A DNA stretch of 64,000 nt from Oscillospiraceae bacterium (lineage in GTDB: Bacteria; Bacillota; Clostridia; Oscillospirales; Ruminococcaceae): assembly GCA_017991935.1 (NCBI GenBank), contig JAGOPP010000001.1, positions 16,787 to 80,786 of the forward strand, read 5' to 3'. Numbering within the stretch: position 1 is the stretch's first letter; every line of letters starts with the position of its first letter. Positions 61,529-64,000 of this stretch are shown here, piece by piece. The translations under genes and the position numbers were made by a program. Below the pieces are notes generated by a model, which was not told where the DNA came from, did no database searches, and worked only from the letters and a program-made list of their open reading frames with translations.

Positions 61529-62176
61529 ATGACCGTTACGGAAATCACCGTCGGCATCATGCGCACCAACTGCTACGTCGTCGAGTCGGAGCAAAAGAAC
61601 GCGGTCGTCATCGACCCGGGCGACGAAGGCGACCGCCTGACCGACCGGCTCACGAATCTCGGCGTCAAGGTGCGGTATATTTTTCTGACCCACGCCCATT
61701 TTGACCACACCGGCGCGGTGAAAGAGGTGCAAAAGCGCTTCCCCGAGGCGAAGGTCGTCCTGATGAAGGCGGACGAGGAGATCCTGCTCGATCCCTCGCT
61801 CGTCGTCAACCGCGTGCAGGGCAAATTCGGCGAGCGGTATCACATCAAGCCGGATCTTTTCGTCTCGGACGGCGAGATCCTAAAGCTCGACGAGCTCTCC
61901 TTTGTCTTTATCGCGACGCCCGGCCACACCAAGGGCTCCTGCACGATCCTGCTTTGCGACCAGCTTTTCACCGGGGACACGCTGTTTGCCGGCATGTGCG
62001 GCAGGACGGACCTCTACGGGGGCTCCCAGTCCGACATGAAGCGCTCGCTCGCGCGGCTGGGCAATCTCGAGGGCGATTATGAGATCCTGCCGGGGCACGG
62101 CCCGGGCAGCACGCTCGCCATCGAGCGCTTTCGCAACAGCTATCTCCGGTCCGCCATGGGCAAAGAGGTCTTATGA
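61529..62176 (+). CDS. MBL-fold metallo-hydrolase (glyoxalase II-like)
   Basis: THAHFDHTG motif, later PGHTKGS and GHG. ATG at 61529 follows AGGAGG. Confidence 0.88.
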   Translation: MTVTEITVGIMRTNCYVVESEQKNAVVIDPGDEGDRLTDRLTNLGVKVRYIFLTHAHFDHTGAVKEVQKRFPEAKVVLMKADEEILLDPSLVVNRVQGKFGERYHIKPDLFVSDGEILKLDELSFVFIATPGHTKGSCTILLCDQLFTGDTLFAGMCGRTDLYGGSQSDMKRSLARLGNLEGDYEILPGHGPGSTLAIERFRNSYLRSAMGKEVL

Positions 62177-63621
62177 ATCTCATCATCGACAACCATCCTT
62201 ATCATTATGAAATGGAAGCCCTCTGCCGGATGTTCCTGCGGGGCGAGGAGCTGAAGATCCTCGATGCCGCGGCGATCCCCGCGGGGGATTTTCTTTATAC
62301 CGGCGTCGCCGGGGATAAGATCGCCGTCCGGGCAAATTACAAAGGGAAAACCGCGGAGAGCGCCGTCGCCGCCGGCGCGGACGCCGAGCGCGCGATGGCG
62401 CGCGCGGTCTATTCCATGATGAGCATGCTCACCGGCATCCGGCCCAAATGGGGCGTGCTCACGGGCATCCGGCCGGTCAAGCTCGCGATGGAGCTCGCCG
62501 ACGGGGGCAAGACGCCGGAGGAGATCCGCGCGATTTTGAGCGCCGACCGGCTGATCTCCGACGAGAAGATCGCCCTGATGCTCGAGACGATGCTCCATGA
62601 GCGGGCGATCCGCCAGAGCTCCCGCCCGGAATCGGTGAGCCTCTATATTTCGATCCCGTTCTGCCCGACCCGGTGCGCCTACTGCTCCTTCATCAGCCAC
62701 AGCATCGAGAAAGCCGCCAAGCTGATCCCGCCCTATGTGGAGCTGCTCTGTGAGGAACTCCGGGGGATCGCCGCGCTGATCGGGGAGCTGGGCCTGCGGC
62801 TCGAGACGGTCTATATGGGTGGGGGCACGCCCACGGTGCTCTCCGCCGAGCAGCTTGACGCCGTGCTCGGCACCGTGGAGTCGTCGTTTGACGTGAGCAC
62901 GTTGCGGGAGCTGACCGTCGAGGCGGGCCGCCCGGACACGATCACGCCCGCGAAGCTCGAGGCCATGAAGCGGCACAGCGTCGGGCGCATCAGCGTCAAC
63001 CCGCAGGCGCTCGACGACGAGGTGATGGAGGCCATCGGGCGCAAGCACACCGTCGCGCAGTTTTTGGAGGCGTTCCGGCTCGCGCGGAGCCTCGGCTTTG
63101 ATAACATCAACGCGGACCTGATCGCGGGCCTGCCCAAGGACGACATAGAGAAATTCTCCCGCACGATCGAGGGGATCATGGAGCTGCGCCCGGAGAACGT
63201 CACGCTGCACACGCTGACCGTCAAGCGGGCGGCGGGCTTCGGCGCGGACCCGGAGGGCATCCTCGCGGGCGCGGCGGACGGCATGGTGGAGCTCGCCCAG
63301 CGCCGCTTCGGCGAGGAGGGCTACGACCCGTATTACCTCTACCGGCAGAAGGGCACCGTCGACAACCTTGAGAATACCGGCTACTGCCTGCCCGGCAGGG
63401 AGGGCCTCTACAACATTTTTATCATGGACGAGACGCACAGCATCCTCGCGGCGGGCGCGGGCGGCGTGACGAAGCTCAAAGCGCCGCACGGCACGCGCAT
63501 CGAGCGCATATTCAACTATAAATATCCATACGAATATATCAGCCGTTTCGATCAGATTCATTCCCGAAAGGAGCAAATCAGAGACTTTTATGAAACATGG
63601 CCGATCCATCCGGGAACTTGA
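62173..63621 (+). CDS. hemZ: radical SAM coproporphyrinogen-III-oxidase-like protein (HemZ type)
   Basis: CPTRCAYCSF CxxxCxxC cluster and a HemN-like GGGTPT motif. The non-catalytic N-terminal extension is typical of HemZ. Confidence 0.85.
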   Translation: MNLIIDNHPYHYEMEALCRMFLRGEELKILDAAAIPAGDFLYTGVAGDKIAVRANYKGKTAESAVAAGADAERAMARAVYSMMSMLTGIRPKWGVLTGIRPVKLAMELADGGKTPEEIRAILSADRLISDEKIALMLETMLHERAIRQSSRPESVSLYISIPFCPTRCAYCSFISHSIEKAAKLIPPYVELLCEELRGIAALIGELGLRLETVYMGGGTPTVLSAEQLDAVLGTVESSFDVSTLRELTVEAGRPDTITPAKLEAMKRHSVGRISVNPQALDDEVMEAIGRKHTVAQFLEAFRLARSLGFDNINADLIAGLPKDDIEKFSRTIEGIMELRPENVTLHTLTVKRAAGFGADPEGILAGAADGMVELAQRRFGEEGYDPYYLYRQKGTVDNLENTGYCLPGREGLYNIFIMDETHSILAAGAGGVTKLKAPHGTRIERIFNYKYPYEYISRFDQIHSRKEQIRDFYETWPIHPGT

Positions 63622-64000
63622 TGCCGCAAGGGTGAACGTGCACCTCGGGCGCGAGCCGGAGCAGTTTGTCTCCCTGTCCGAAAGCCGCTTCCAGTTACAG
63701 ATCAACGACCTCGCCGACCGCATCCTCTCCGAAAAAACGCCGGTCCGCGTGGTGCTGATCTCCGGCCCCTCCGCGACGGGCAAAACCACCGCGGCCGAGA
63801 AACTGCGCGCCGAGCTCGGCGTCTGCGGCAAGGAGGCCGCCATCGTCTCCGTGGACGATTTCTTCCTCGGGGCGGGCAGCCTGCCCCGCAACCCGGACGG
63901 CACCTACGACATGGACACGATCGGCGTCGTCGACACGGAGCTCGCGAGGCGCAGCATCGGCGACCTGCTTGCGCGGGGCGAGGCGGATTTTCCGGTCTTT
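63590..64000 (+). CDS. P-loop nucleoside/uridine-kinase-like ATPase, 3' end beyond window
   Basis: Hand-translated open frame from ATG 63590 to the window end. Walker A GPSATGKTT. Not in the ORF track because no stop lies within the window. Confidence 0.65.
   Translation, partial: MKHGRSIRELDAARVNVHLGREPEQFVSLSESRFQLQINDLADRILSEKTPVRVVLISGPSATGKTTAAEKLRAELGVCGKEAAIVSVDDFFLGAGSLPRNPDGTYDMDTIGVVDTELARRSIGDLLARGEADFPVF

Noticed and set aside
62140-63903. 587-aa minus-strand ORF
   Set aside because: It is antisense to hemZ (which has a clear radical-SAM motif) and to the downstream P-loop kinase. Shadow ORF.

Overview
By eye this is a high-GC chromosomal segment. The gene content (GerA germination protein, DUF4830, DHHW/MBOAT pair, HemZ, YfhO) suggests a spore-forming Clostridia-type Firmicute; that is inference. 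Most of the window is housekeeping: pgi, ddh, an EF-G paralogue, mscL, trkAH, rlmD-like, msrAB, recJ, relA, dtd, hemZ.

Items worth a second look:
1. A LacI-controlled locus (17.7-27.8 kb) with two ADP-ribosylglycohydrolase-family genes, a PfkB kinase, a sugar-type ABC importer and a PHP phosphoesterase. It resembles the uncharacterised E. coli yegTUV module.
2. A cobalamin riboswitch with two terminators and no transporter or biosynthesis gene behind it. It sits between cobO and a 105-aa stand-alone AraC-type HTH gene.
3. A lower-GC segment next to tRNA-Pro carrying a Fur-family regulator and a QueD/PTPS-like gene that lacks the catalytic Cys and has gained a zinc ribbon.
4. A visibly AT-rich ~3.5 kb island with an XRE regulator, a C-terminally truncated SNF2 helicase coupled to a sigma-region-4-like ORF, and no recombinase.
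5. Four independent, slightly diverged tandem duplications (113, 61, 125 and 80 bp), at least three anchored on gene termini.
6. A DUF4830 protein ending in an 8-Cys tail.

No CRISPR array, rRNA or intact transposase was seen. Many long ORFs in the track are antisense shadow ORFs typical of high-GC DNA and were not called.
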